From an uncultured Candidatus Saccharibacteria bacterium (GTDB taxonomy: Bacteria > Patescibacteriota > Minisyncoccia > Phycocordibacterales > GCA-2401445): a stretch of 64,000 nucleotides of DNA. The notes under the pieces were generated by a model. The model was not told where the DNA came from, searched no databases, and was given only the letters and a program-made list of their open reading frames with translations. The stretch is from NCBI GenBank assembly GCA_964436015.1, contig CAYTAR010000005.1, positions 17,714-81,713 of the forward strand, in the 5' to 3' direction. The translations under genes were made by a program, and so were the position numbers. This document shows, one piece after another, positions 21,986 through 31,406 of the stretch; position 1 is the stretch's first letter; the number at the start of each line of letters is the position of its first letter.

Positions 21986-22142
21986 TGGGACGTTTTTTTC
22001 TAGGATTATTATATAAGTGTACCATGAGAATATCGGCACGACCGCCTTCCTTAATGATGCATGATTTCCACAAGAGGTATTGACTAAATAGACTTTTTTA
22101 GTATAATAATATGAAATTTGTTCCACGTTCACCTATATTCAT

Positions 22143-22352
22143 ATGGCACGAGTTCATATTCTCGTAGCGGGAAATGTCCCGTTACGGCAATTGCCAGAAA
22201 TTCATCTACTTCTAAAACGCATGGGCGTTTTGGAAGTAGAACAGAATGGGTCTCCACACTCACTGTTCGGTGATTCTCATCCGGGCGTAGTCCGTGAGCT
22301 TGCCCGACTGCGGTGCATTGCCCGTGCGTATGTGGTTCCCGAAGGTGCATAA
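22143..22352 (+). CDS. hypothetical small protein (GC-rich ORF)
   Basis: 69-aa ORF followed by a + strand terminator; ATG directly after a TATATT box, possibly leaderless. Confidence 0.3.
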   Translation: MARVHILVAGNVPLRQLPEIHLLLKRMGVLEVEQNGSPHSLFGDSHPGVVRELARLRCIARAYVVPEGA

Positions 22353-22375
22353 TTTGTTCTCGTGCACAGAATCAA

Positions 22376-22402
22376 ACCCGTCAGTAATGACGGGTCTTTT
22401 TT
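22376..22402 (+). terminator. rho-independent terminator
   Basis: ACCCGTCA-gtaa-TGACGGGT hairpin followed by CTTTTTTT. Confidence 0.6.
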
Positions 22403-22483
22403 TGGGAGGTAAGAGGGGTTTGCAGAATGTGTCTTTTTTGTTACTATAGTTCTCGTGCATATCGCTTTTGATACGTGCACCAT

Positions 22484-22497
22484 TCCGCGGTAGCTGT
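22484..22497 (+). repeat. duplicated fragment of the tRNA-Asn 5' end
   Basis: ATTCCGCGGTAGCT occurs here and again at the true tRNA start (22573-22586). Confidence 0.4.
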
Positions 22498-22574
22498 CCC
22501 TGCCTGCCGGTAGGCAGGTTGGTAGGTATACGTAACTACCACGAAACGGTATCAAGGAATGCATATAGATTTAT

Positions 22575-22647
22575 TCCGCGGTAGCTCAGTTGGTAGAGCG
22601 TCTCGCTGTTAACGAGAGGGTCCTAGGTTCGAGCCCTAGCCGCGGAG
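22575..22647 (+). tRNA. tRNA-Asn (anticodon GTT)
   Basis: Hand-folded cloverleaf: acceptor TCCGCGG/CCGCGGA, D arm GCTC/GAGC, anticodon loop CTGTTAA, T arm CTAGG-TTCGAGC-CCTAG, discriminator G. Confidence 0.85.
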
Positions 22648-22907
22648 CCGTATAAAAAAATCACCTCTTATATTCTTGAGGTGATTTTTTTATACTTACT
22701 TACACGCGGCAGGGCTCGAACAGGAAAGGGGTCGGGAAAACAGTCGTTTTCCCGTGGAGTGAGAATGCATAGGTATGCATTCGCAAGACCGGAGGCAGAC
22801 GTGCCGAGGTGGGGTCGCAGGCTTTTTCAGCAGAAAAAGACCCGTGACAGGCAGTGAGTCTTCGAACGTTGGAAAACCGTAGGTTTCCAAGGAGTTCGAG
22901 CCCTAGC
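22645..22907 (+). repeat. 263-bp direct repeat copy 1 (att-like; starts at tRNA-Asn 3' end)
   Basis: About 99% identical to 29544..29806 (3 mismatches); begins GAGCC (tRNA 3' end) and ends GGAGTTCGAGCCCTAGC (tRNA T-arm-like core). Confidence 0.9.
22653..22694. terminator. bidirectional terminator just after tRNA-Asn (inside the repeat)
   Basis: AAAAAAATCACCTC-ttatattctt-GAGGTGATTTTTTT perfect 14-bp stem. Confidence 0.7.
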
Positions 22908-22965
22908 TTATATACGAGTACTTTGGATTTTAGAGTGTACTCACGAATAAAATCCTTAGTAACTC

Positions 22966-23034
22966 GTGACCGAGTCCTAGCCGCACACTACACCACAAAA
23001 TTCCAAAAATAATTGTACGTATCCCTGTTTTCTC
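22966..23034 (+). repeat. tRNA-Asn 3'-end-like fragment (F1) plus conserved AT-rich motif (M1)
   Basis: GTGACCGAGTCCTAGCCGCAC matches the tRNA 3' end at 15/16; followed by CAAAAATAATTGTACGTATCCCTGTTTTCTC; the unit recurs at 30020, 30727 and 31991. Confidence 0.7.
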
Positions 23035-23086
23035 TCAAACTCAGCATCTTGTGCTGCCACTGTATGTATATGTAAATCTATCTTTA

Positions 23087-24250
23087 TCATCGATTACCTT
23101 TTGCCCTGTTATGTGTCTTACACAACATCTGGCAATTTTTTGCGTCCGTTGCACCACCCTTACTCCACGCTGCCACATGGTCGGCATCCATGTCGCTTAG
23201 ACCCCAGATTTTCTCTTTGTTGGCATCATGCCCAATTGCACAAAGCGGACAGTTTGATTCGCCCTTTTTCTTTGCTGTGGCAGTTTGAGCTTCATACACT
23301 GAACGTTTGGTTGCATCATCAAACACACGTACATCAAGTAGTTTTGTATCAACTTCACCACCTAAGACGTACTCAAAGATTCCTTTGCGGTTCTTTACGT
23401 ATGCATCACCATAGAGCCGTTGCACTGCTGTGGCTACTTTCTTAGGATCATATTTTTTCTTGTGATAGGTTTCGTAAAGTCTATTCCATTCCAATCCTCT
23501 CATTTCACTCTCAACATCTGTGAATGTTTTGGATACCCAGTCAATGACTTTATCAAAGTGATTCTTTAGCTCCGTAATGTTCTTATCGTTACGATGCTTA
23601 CTCATGTAATTGTCTATGGCACCATCAGAAACCCAGTCTAAAGCTCGCTCCAAATATGCTTGGCGTTTGATGTCACCAGCAATATAGGCACTCCACTTCT
23701 GCACATTGGCGTTTTGACTGTTACTAAACTCTTCACGTGCCTTAGTAACAAAAGGACCCGAATAGACGGCGTTTAAAATCTCCTGCTCAGTTAGCGGCAC
23801 TCCAGCAATATTAATAGTCTTGAACCAATCCTTGATCTCTGGCTCGTCGCCCTCGCACACATACACCAACAATTTGGTGTTTAGTATCTGTTCACGCTGA
23901 CTGTCAGCCATACCGCTGTAGTACTGCTCATGGCCGTTCTTGTCTTTAACAGCAAACTTACCGGTAACAAATCGTCCAATACTGGTAATGCGCTGTTGGC
24001 CATCGAGGACCTCAAATTTGTCTTTTCCAACTTGGTTAAAATAAATCAAACCAATGGGGTATCCCTTCAAAATTGAGTCAATCACAGCAACATCCTTTTT
24101 GCCGTCAGCATAAATATAGTTACGTTGATATTCTGGTTGAATCGTTAGCTTGCCAGACAAACCAAACAAACCCTTTCCTTCCAACTCGTTATACACGAAG
24201 CCGTCGCAAACTTCTTCGATGGTGATGTCATTTTTTAGCGTTGTTTTCAT
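23087..24250 (-). CDS. DUF262 (ParB/GmrS-like) N-terminal domain + C-terminal HNH nuclease (GmrSD-like type IV restriction candidate)
   Basis: DGQQR motif of DUF262; C-terminal CPLC...[10 protein letters not shown]...[13 protein letters not shown] zinc-finger motif. Confidence 0.75.
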   Translation of the reverse strand: MKTTLKNDITIEEVCDGFVYNELEGKGLFGLSGKLTIQPEYQRNYIYADGKKDVAVIDSILKGYPIGLIYFNQVGKDKFEVLDGQQRITSIGRFVTGKFAVKDKNGHEQYYSGMADSQREQILNTKLLVYVCEGDEPEIKDWFKTINIAGVPLTEQEILNAVYSGPFVTKAREEFSNSQNANVQKWSAYIAGDIKRQAYLERALDWVSDGAIDNYMSKHRNDKNITELKNHFDKVIDWVSKTFTDVESEMRGLEWNRLYETYHKKKYDPKKVATAVQRLYGDAYVKNRKGIFEYVLGGEVDTKLLDVRVFDDATKRSVYEAQTATAKKKGESNCPLCAIGHDANKEKIWGLSDMDADHVAAWSKGGATDAKNCQMLCKTHNRAKGNR

Positions 24251-24252
24251 AA

Positions 24253-25440
24253 CTATTTTTTCTTGTGCTTGATTAAAACTCTCTGATAAACTTTTTCCAG
24301 TAAACCATTGACTTTCACGACTCCGCTAGCGTTAAGATCATAGATGCCTGTCTTGCCAAATTTATCTAGATACGCCTGTTTACATTCTGTAGATGTGTAA
24401 ACTTTGGTTTTTTGTTTATATAAATCCTCATTTTCACACATACCAACAATCTTAAATTGGTCAGGGTTATATTTATCTAGGAAACTAATTGGCACCCCCA
24501 TAACACCACCATAGTCACTAGGAATTGCTTTAGCGAACGGCACCTCAATGGCATCGTAATTTTCATATTTCAAATAGCTCGTTTCTTTCTTTTGTATCTG
24601 CTTATTAAATTTTTTATTTTCTGCCATGGTCATAAATTCAAGTGGTTGGTGACGACGACCATGATCAAGATTAGTAAACCAGCGAACACCCATCACACGC
24701 GCGTAGTGAACGCCATTTTTATCAGTCCGCCAATTGCCAATTTCCTTGAAAATATAATGCGGAACTACAAACTCTCTATCTCCACTACTTATACTTGGTC
24801 CAAGCCAGACCTTATTCTCTTTAATCATTGGAAAAACTTCTTTGTAAGTTATGGCATTCAAGTTACCAATGATTAGAAATTGTTTTTTGTATTCAAAAAG
24901 CTGAGTAATGTACTCACGGAATAAACTAAAGGGAGGATTAGTGACGACAATATCACTTTGCTTGAGAAGCTCCACGCATTCATCACTTCGAAAATCACCG
25001 TCTTCTTCGAGCGGTGCCCACTCGTTATTTTTATTAGCTTTAAGCTGCAAAGCAATGTCTTCAAGTGTGAATGAACCGTCGCCATCAACATCACCAACCT
25101 CGTTGATGATGAACTTGTTTGCGGTAATTTTTGGCCGCCCTTTAGCTGGTTCAAGAGTGACATCGTCACCAAACAGACCGATTTGAGTATTTGCAACCGG
25201 TGAAGGTTTGTAGCTAGTGGTAATGAGCCTCTTTAATCCTAGTCTATTAAAATTTAGAACGAAATATCGAAAGAAATTGCTTTCATATGGATCATCACAA
25301 TTGCTATAAATTACTTTACCCTTGAAAGTATCAGGGTCGTATTCAAGATAAGACTCGATTTCTTTTTGAATGTCCGAATACTGGGTATAAAACTCGTCAT
25401 TCTTTGTCCGCTTTGCGTTTGTAAGATTTTTGTTTGCCAT
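24253..25440 (-). CDS. gamma-class N6-adenine DNA methyltransferase
   Basis: N-terminal DEFYT (HsdM/IIG-like motif) and catalytic VVTNPPF (motif IV). Confidence 0.8.
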   Translation of the reverse strand: MANKNLTNAKRTKNDEFYTQYSDIQKEIESYLEYDPDTFKGKVIYSNCDDPYESNFFRYFVLNFNRLGLKRLITTSYKPSPVANTQIGLFGDDVTLEPAKGRPKITANKFIINEVGDVDGDGSFTLEDIALQLKANKNNEWAPLEEDGDFRSDECVELLKQSDIVVTNPPFSLFREYITQLFEYKKQFLIIGNLNAITYKEVFPMIKENKVWLGPSISSGDREFVVPHYIFKEIGNWRTDKNGVHYARVMGVRWFTNLDHGRRHQPLEFMTMAENKKFNKQIQKKETSYLKYENYDAIEVPFAKAIPSDYGGVMGVPISFLDKYNPDQFKIVGMCENEDLYKQKTKVYTSTECKQAYLDKFGKTGIYDLNASGVVKVNGLLEKVYQRVLIKHKKK

Positions 25441-25445
25441 AACAT

Positions 25446-26435
25446 TTACAGAGTTTTTCTTCGTGTGAGGATCGGCTTAGCATCCAGTGAACCGATAAAG
25501 TAAAAACTATGGTTGAGATAGCTTGCCATTTCTTCTACTTCAGATAATGCATTGTATATAGCATTTCCCAATTCATACTCTTTTGTATTGCATTTGATTA
25601 TCTTGTCGCCAAAGATATCAGTGGCCTCATTCTTATCAATCACAAACCCATGATCCTTGTATTCATATACAAGACGCTCGGCAATATCTTTGGGCGTATT
25701 GGCAAGCTTGCTCGCTCGAGGACTGAGTAATCTTTCCGCATATTGCATTGCAGATTCCGCAACACGTTCGTAGTAACCCACCTGTACTGGTTCAACAGAA
25801 AGATTGAGATACTGCGCAAACATTGAGGCAGATGCGGGATATTTTTTTACAAGACTGGCAATGTGTTCAATTGAATTCTTTAGACCGAGAGCAGGTACCC
25901 TGCGTCCAGAGACTTCAGATTTCATCTGTGGATCAATTGGACCAAGCTCACTCATACTGCCCATATGTATCTCATCAGATGCACACGCTAGAAGAGTAGC
26001 TGCTGACTTAGCATAACGAGGCACAACGGTTACGAATTTCTTATTAGAAAACTCAGAACAAAGTTTCCCAATCAAATATGCTGATCCTGGCTCTCCACCA
26101 CCAGAGAGTAAGATGAGCAGAAGTGGTTTATCGTTGTTGAACTCTGTTATCGCTTCATAGATTTTGTCAGAGTCACCCTTAACCAAAATCGTATTATCGA
26201 ACAGGATTAGAGTATTGAAGTCTTCACCACAATCATGTTTATTAACTTCTTGTCTAAGAAATTTCTTTAAGAGAGCCGAGAACTCATCCTGTTTTGTTCG
26301 AGTCCCGTTTTTACCATAACCATCTACAAGAACGGTAAACAGGTCAACAAAAGATATTTCTTTCTTTTCTGAAGACTTTGGCTGACTGGCCTTAGTTGTC
26401 GTTGCTTTTTTAGGTGTTGGTTTCTTGTTTTTCAT
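25446..26435 (-). CDS. SDH/S49-family Clp-fold serine protease (SppA-like)
   Basis: LLSGGGEPGSAY and ACASDEIHMG blocks typical of the S49/SDH peptidase fold; Lys-rich N-terminus. Confidence 0.6.
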   Translation of the reverse strand: MKNKKPTPKKATTTKASQPKSSEKKEISFVDLFTVLVDGYGKNGTRTKQDEFSALLKKFLRQEVNKHDCGEDFNTLILFDNTILVKGDSDKIYEAITEFNNDKPLLLILLSGGGEPGSAYLIGKLCSEFSNKKFVTVVPRYAKSAATLLACASDEIHMGSMSELGPIDPQMKSEVSGRRVPALGLKNSIEHIASLVKKYPASASMFAQYLNLSVEPVQVGYYERVAESAMQYAERLLSPRASKLANTPKDIAERLVYEYKDHGFVIDKNEATDIFGDKIIKCNTKEYELGNAIYNALSEVEEMASYLNHSFYFIGSLDAKPILTRRKTL

Positions 26436-26437
26436 AC

Positions 26438-27133
26438 TTATTTCTCGTTATCGAGCATAACTTTCAACTGGAAGATTGTATCTGACTTCAGCTTTGCCCG
26501 TGCAGAGTCTTTCTGTGGATCGGACAACAACTCACCAAGACCATCCAAGATGTGCTTGTTATCCATCTTTTCCAGCATATCAATACATTTCTCCAGCGTT
26601 TCTTTGAAAGACATTCCTGAGCGCTGTTCCACTATTTCGCGATTTATTGACCAATTACTCTTAGCAAAGTAATTAACGTCAAACACGTCTCGGCTCGTCT
26701 TGCCGACACGTTCATACATCGCCATGAGTTTGTGGGCAAACATATCCTCCTGGACCATGACGAGCATTGAAATACCCAACAATGTCTTCATCTCGTATCG
26801 TGAGCCAAATTGTCTGCGATTGACCTCGACCTTTATGTTCTGAGCTTTCGGATCATAAGAGACGACATGGAGCAAGTTAAATCTCTTGATGCGAGAGTCG
26901 AGCACTTTGCCATACTCTTTGACAATAGTGCTGACCTTTTCAAACACCTCATCCTCCTTTGATTCGTCCAGCAAATCAAAGTCTAGGTCTACCGAATTAC
27001 GCGGCAAGTCATAGAACATAAGTGCCGCAGTACCACCTTTAAACCCGAGGCAGGGGGCAATGGAGGTATCAGAGTAGATATCTTTCAATATCTGCAACAG
27101 GATATTTTTATGTTTTGAATAGTCTAAGGTCAT
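26438..27133 (-). CDS. abiEii: AbiEii/AbiGii-family nucleotidyltransferase toxin (type IV TA)
   Basis: FKGGTAALMF...RNSVDLDFDL NTase motif; overlaps upstream abiEi stop by 4 nt. Confidence 0.8.
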   Translation of the reverse strand: MTLDYSKHKNILLQILKDIYSDTSIAPCLGFKGGTAALMFYDLPRNSVDLDFDLLDESKEDEVFEKVSTIVKEYGKVLDSRIKRFNLLHVVSYDPKAQNIKVEVNRRQFGSRYEMKTLLGISMLVMVQEDMFAHKLMAMYERVGKTSRDVFDVNYFAKSNWSINREIVEQRSGMSFKETLEKCIDMLEKMDNKHILDGLGELLSDPQKDSARAKLKSDTIFQLKVMLDNEK

Positions 27134-27732
27134 ACGGTTTTTTCTTTGTTATAGGCTTTGAAGTATTCTTTTACTTTCTTCTCCAATCGCTTGTTGTGAT
27201 AGATAGGCGCGATTTTAAAAACCTTATCCCAATCCAAACTAGCCAAGTTATCGAAATGATAGTCTTTGCTCACGTAGATACGATCCAAAAATGCACGTTC
27301 TTTTGTCGCGATCGAGTAGCCCGCTTTGCTTTCAATGCCAGCAGTATTACTCAAGACGTAATCTTTCATGCGGATAAAAGTGATCTTCTGGTCTCCAACT
27401 ATAATTTCGCGATTTACGTATGAGGCAACAAATATATTTCCGTAGTATTGGAAGCTAACCCCCTCACGAGTTAAAACAGTTTCAAAGCTTACATAGGAAG
27501 GCGTATAGATTCTGGTTGCTAACTCAAAGCGATCGTAGTTCTTGTCTTTTGCATACAAGCCACGACGTACTCGAATCAACTTTCCGGCCTTCACATATCG
27601 CTTTAATCGATCAGTGACAACAGAACTATCATCTTCATTCCACAACAAAGCAGCGTCTTTCGTAGAAAAGACTGTCTTGGAAGATCTTAACAAGACCTCT
27701 AAAAATTCTCCTTTTGTTGGTATTTTATCCAT
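27130..27732 (-). CDS. abiEi: AbiEi-family antitoxin/transcriptional regulator
   Basis: Position immediately upstream of and overlapping abiEii; N-terminal winged-helix-like region; internal ATG chosen. Confidence 0.65.
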   Translation of the reverse strand: MDKIPTKGEFLEVLLRSSKTVFSTKDAALLWNEDDSSVVTDRLKRYVKAGKLIRVRRGLYAKDKNYDRFELATRIYTPSYVSFETVLTREGVSFQYYGNIFVASYVNREIIVGDQKITFIRMKDYVLSNTAGIESKAGYSIATKERAFLDRIYVSKDYHFDNLASLDWDKVFKIAPIYHNKRLEKKVKEYFKAYNKEKTV

Positions 27733-27838
27733 TTTCAGTCTAGAAAGGGTATTTAAGTCCCTTTCCAGTAACAATATAGCATATTTTAGATAACTCAACA
27801 AATGGGGATAAGGGGAGAAATAAGCATATCTAGTACAT

Positions 27839-27902
27839 GTCTTATAATATTATAAGACATCATCATGTTGCTGTTTGTCTACTTATAATATTATAAGTAG
27901 AC
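27839..27902. promoter_or_regulatory. two perfect palindromic operators in the divergent abiEi / 27911 promoter region
   Basis: GTCTTATAATATTATAAGAC (20 bp, 27839-27858) and GTCTACTTATAATATTATAAGTAGAC (26 bp, 27877-27902) share the core CTTATAATATTATAAG. Confidence 0.6.
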
Positions 27903-27910
27903 TTTCAGCT

Positions 27911-28879
27911 ATGAAGAAATCTCCCCTAGAACAAGTCAAAGCAAAGCTTAATAAGTACTACTTGGCTGCTTTGACTGCGGAAGAGCTGCAGCTTTATTTT
28001 GACTCGCGACTTGAGAAGGTCTTGCGTGACAAGAAGATCGTAACCCTGCGAGAGCTTGGGTATCTGCTCTGTGAGACTGGTCCGGGTGATCGTCGCTTCG
28101 ATCCACGACACATTCCACTACTTATTCAGGACGGTCTTCTCTCTACTTCCCCGTATGGAAGTATCCCTGAAATTATTGAGCTTGGAGAGAAGAAAAAGAA
28201 AATTGATGAGTATCTCAGAGATAATCAGGATACAGAAGCTGCTAGAAAGCTGATTTTAAAAGTTCTCGCTACCTATGCCAGTGATCTGACAGTGGTCTCG
28301 AAAGATCTGTTTGTTGTGGACGGCATGTTCGGTAAGATTCCAGTTTCTTTTCTTGTTAAGAATGGACAGTGGATACTCCCTGATGAAGAGCTATTTTCCT
28401 TCTTGCAAGAAGCACAGCGTAAAAAACGGCTACCTGTAGTAGTAGCCAGAAAGATATCGGGTATCTTGTTTCCGATGTTCAAAGGTATTTCAGTTTTGGG
28501 ATTGAATCTTTACAAGACGTACCTACCAAAGAATGCCAAAGGACTGGTTGACGCGGCAGTCATTCCTGCCCAGGGTTTTATGAGAAAGTTGCGATACTCC
28601 GGTCAGTTTGAATACCTCACAAAGGACTATATAGAAGGGATTGAAGACGAATATTGGACCGGTGATCCACTCAAGAACTTTTTGGAAGTAATCATGCCCA
28701 GGCATGCAGAAGACTACTATCAGCGTTTTGTTGATCAGAAGATCACTACCGCAGATAACTTCGCTGATACCGTGTCGCAGTTCCGAAAAAACAAAGCCAC
28801 CAAAGGTCTTCTGAATACTTATGAAGCGCAGGAGAATTTGATTCAAGAACTCAGTAAAACAACTAAGAAAGGCTCATGA
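27911..28879 (+). CDS. hypothetical protein (322 aa), divergent from abiEi
   Basis: ATG at 27911 (the ORF track TTG start at 27875 lies inside the operator palindrome); no domain recognised. Confidence 0.5.
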   Translation: MKKSPLEQVKAKLNKYYLAALTAEELQLYFDSRLEKVLRDKKIVTLRELGYLLCETGPGDRRFDPRHIPLLIQDGLLSTSPYGSIPEIIELGEKKKKIDEYLRDNQDTEAARKLILKVLATYASDLTVVSKDLFVVDGMFGKIPVSFLVKNGQWILPDEELFSFLQEAQRKKRLPVVVARKISGILFPMFKGISVLGLNLYKTYLPKNAKGLVDAAVIPAQGFMRKLRYSGQFEYLTKDYIEGIEDEYWTGDPLKNFLEVIMPRHAEDYYQRFVDQKITTADNFADTVSQFRKNKATKGLLNTYEAQENLIQELSKTTKKGS

Positions 28880-29388
28880 AAACGAACGGATGGCACAAAA
28901 GAGTACTGCTGAAACATGCTAAAGAAATAACGACTAATGGGATGACCTATGCAGTCATTGCGCTTGTACTCTTACTCTGGCACTTTGCTCTTGATATGAA
29001 ATTTCAGTGGCAACAGATAGCACCTTTGTCAGAACCAAGTATCTTTGTCCGTGCATTTTACAGCGCATTCACGTTTGGAACATTAGGCCTATTACTGTAT
29101 GTACTCCGCTTTTACAAAGTCTTGCACGACATCATGGTTAAAGCTTTCGGTATGTGGGAACTCTATAACCTGATCAAAGCGGTGATCTGGCTGGGCTTAA
29201 TGTATGTCTCTTATGCCTATCTCGTACCATGGCTATTTAAGTTTTTGAATACTGGAGCGTCTGTTCTTTTCAACATTGCCAACCTGGTGCTATATATCGC
29301 ACCTCCTATAGGTATTGCTTTGATCGTAAGCATTATTTATCTGATCCTCAAAAATAAATTCGCATTGAGACATCGTGCCCCGAAATAA
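28876..29388 (+). CDS. 4-TM membrane protein, translationally coupled to the upstream hypothetical
   Basis: ATGA overlap; four hydrophobic helices; no domain recognised. Confidence 0.5.
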   Translation: MKTNGWHKRVLLKHAKEITTNGMTYAVIALVLLLWHFALDMKFQWQQIAPLSEPSIFVRAFYSAFTFGTLGLLLYVLRFYKVLHDIMVKAFGMWELYNLIKAVIWLGLMYVSYAYLVPWLFKFLNTGASVLFNIANLVLYIAPPIGIALIVSIIYLILKNKFALRHRAPK

Positions 29389-29543
29389 CACACGGACTCA
29401 TTGTAGTTGCTTAGTATTCAAACACCTCGTGCCTATTGCATGTACTTCGGGAGGATCGGCGTGATACCGGCACGTTCCAATGCTTCGCTGGAACGTCGCC
29501 AGAAGTCCGCTTCAATAGCGGTTCTAATGCGTCGCATTCCGTC

Positions 29544-29806
29544 GAGCCGTATAAAAAAATCACCTCTTATATTCTTGAGGTGATTTTTTTATACTTACTT
29601 ACACGCGGCAGGGCTCGAACAGGAAAGGGGTCGGGAAAACAGTCGTTTTCCCGTGGAGTGAGAATGCATAGGTATGCATTCGCAAGACCGGAGGCAGACG
29701 TGCCGAGGTGGGGTCGCAGGCTTTTTCAGCAGAAAAAGACCTGTGATAGGCAGTGAGTCTTCGAGCGTTGGAAAACCGTAGGTTTCCAAGGAGTTCGAGC
29801 CCTAGC
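29544..29806 (+). repeat. 263-bp direct repeat copy 2
   Basis: Identical to 22645..22907 apart from 3 mismatches; includes the same terminator hairpin (29552-29593). Confidence 0.9.
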
Positions 29807-30019
29807 ATTTATGTGTATTCGAAAGACGGAGCGTACGAAGTCGCCTTCTTAGGCGTGCGCGAGTCGGGTGAGAAGCGAACACTTGGAGCTTTGCAAGACC
29901 TTTTGAGCTGTTTTGTGAGTGAAGCGAAATAAAAGAGTCAAAAGGTGTACAGAATCTGTAAGATTCGCGAACACTTAGTCCGCACAGTGTGCAAAGCACA
30001 TGAGCAGACTTAGTGATTT

Positions 30020-30088
30020 GTGACCGAGTCCTAGCCGCACGCTATACCACATAACTTCAAAAATAATTGTACTTATCCCTGTTTTCTC
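30020..30088 (+). repeat. tRNA-Asn 3'-end-like fragment (F2) + motif M2
   Basis: GTGACCGAGTCCTAGCCGCAC then CAAAAATAATTGTACTTATCCCTGTTTTCTC. Confidence 0.7.
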
Positions 30089-30181
30089 CAAGGTATTTTT
30101 CTGTTGCCTGAGATGGGAGTCAAATTATTGACTTTTAATTAGTAAGAGGTAATCTTGATTCAGAAAGTTTAAAACATTTTT

Positions 30182-30514
30182 ATGAACAAGACACCTATTC
30201 CCTGCCGCTGTGGAAGAAATCCAGAGGTGAACACTAACCTACGTGGATATCGACACTCTATTTCATGTAAATGCGGGACAAGTGAAATAAACTTCATCAC
30301 GTGGTCCGACAACGAACAGAAACTACAGGACAACTGGGAATCCCTTATCAGGGGTACACCCTACAAACATAGCGTCCAACACCTGCCAAATCCAGAAGCT
30401 GAGATGCAGGTATATGTGGCGACAATTGGTAGTGAGAATTACGATACTAACCCACTTCGCCGATACATTCGGGCAACTGGAGGCCACTGCTCAGGCGGCG
30501 GTGGTCCTTGCTAA
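30182..30514 (+). CDS. hypothetical zinc-ribbon protein (CxC...CxC)
   Basis: PCRCG...SCKCG pairs of cysteines; a terminator-like hairpin follows (about 30529-30570). Confidence 0.35.
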   Translation: MNKTPIPCRCGRNPEVNTNLRGYRHSISCKCGTSEINFITWSDNEQKLQDNWESLIRGTPYKHSVQHLPNPEAEMQVYVATIGSENYDTNPLRRYIRATGGHCSGGGGPC

Positions 30515-30726
30515 AAACATCAACAAAATCACGAACCCGCACAAGCAAAAGCTACGGCGGGTTTTTCTTTTATACGCCTCCGAACTTACCCAACCTTTCA
30601 ATACTCAATTTAACCAAAGGATATATCCTAAACAGTTCGGTGAATATGTAATTTGGGAAGCATAAAACACAAAGTCCTCGTGAGAAGCAGGGGATTTTTT
30701 GTGTCCTTTCGGCTAGGACTAAAAGA

Positions 30727-30788
30727 CGAAGCCCTAGTCGCACACTACACCACAAAATTTCAAAAATAATTGTACTTATCCTTATTCT
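30727..30788 (+). repeat. tRNA-Asn 3'-end-like fragment (F3) + degenerate motif M3
   Basis: GAAGCCCTAGTCGCAC then CACCACAAAATTTCAAAAATAATTGTACTTATCC. Confidence 0.6.
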
Positions 30789-30895
30789 TCTATGATTTGA
30801 CAAATACTACAATTAATGCTCTACTTAGACTTAGAAGCAATGACCGGATAAGTGTCCGAAAACAGGCTTATACTTGAACCTACAATAAAAGGACT

Positions 30896-31303
30896 ATGTC
30901 GAGCACAATGGCAGACGCGCTAAGTAAAGTTGGACTGATTACTGAGCAGGAAAAATACCGGTTACTCGCAGACCAGGCCCACTCAATCGCTGAACGTGAA
31001 GCGCTGTGGAAGAAAACTGCGAGTATGGGGAATCAAACGGAGCACCTTGCTCTTGTTCAGAATTGCTCAGCAATTAGTGAGTTCAAGGATTCCGCGAGAA
31101 AACTTCTCTGCGAATATCCCGAGTTGGCAGGTGATGTTGTAAAGGCTTCACAACGATTCAAAGAACAAAAAGGTGGAGACAAGTTGGTATGTCTGTGCGG
31201 CCAGGTAGAAACCCTGTTACGGCAAATTCAACCAACGAAACGCGAGCGCTTTCTCAAACGAGCGTTCCGTTGCGCAGATAGCACTGTTCCCATTCACTAC
31301 TAA
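30896..31303 (+). CDS. hypothetical protein (135 aa)
   Basis: ORF with its own terminator; no domain recognised. Confidence 0.45.
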   Translation: MSSTMADALSKVGLITEQEKYRLLADQAHSIAEREALWKKTASMGNQTEHLALVQNCSAISEFKDSARKLLCEYPELAGDVVKASQRFKEQKGGDKLVCLCGQVETLLRQIQPTKRERFLKRAFRCADSTVPIHY

Positions 31304-31347
31304 ACGATAACCCTTAATGAGAAAGGCACTCATATGTCTGCTTAATT

Positions 31348-31376
31348 AACCCACACATTGGTGTGGGTTTTTTTAT
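31348..31376 (+). terminator. rho-independent terminator
   Basis: AACCCACAC-attg-GTGTGGGTT hairpin followed by TTTTTTATTT. Confidence 0.65.
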
Positions 31377-31406
31377 TTATTTCCCCTCGCACCAAAGGCT
31401 CAAAAG

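Noticed and set aside
22696-22890. 64-aa ORF inside the 263-bp repeat, with an identical ORF at 29595..29789
   Set aside because: The ORF exists only because the repeat is duplicated. It runs antisense through stacked hairpins and a tRNA-like core, has no RBS and is low complexity. I treated it as non-coding.
22645-22907. Possibility that the 263-bp repeat is tmRNA, RNase P RNA or SRP RNA
   Set aside because: I looked for the tmRNA tag reading frame (ANDENYALAA-like ending), the RNase P blocks GGAAAGUCCGGGCUCC and GGUGCGGUAAGAGCGCACC, and the SRP domain-IV motif GGAAG...AGCAGC. None is present on either strand, although a weak SRP-like resemblance exists around GACCGGAGGCAG.
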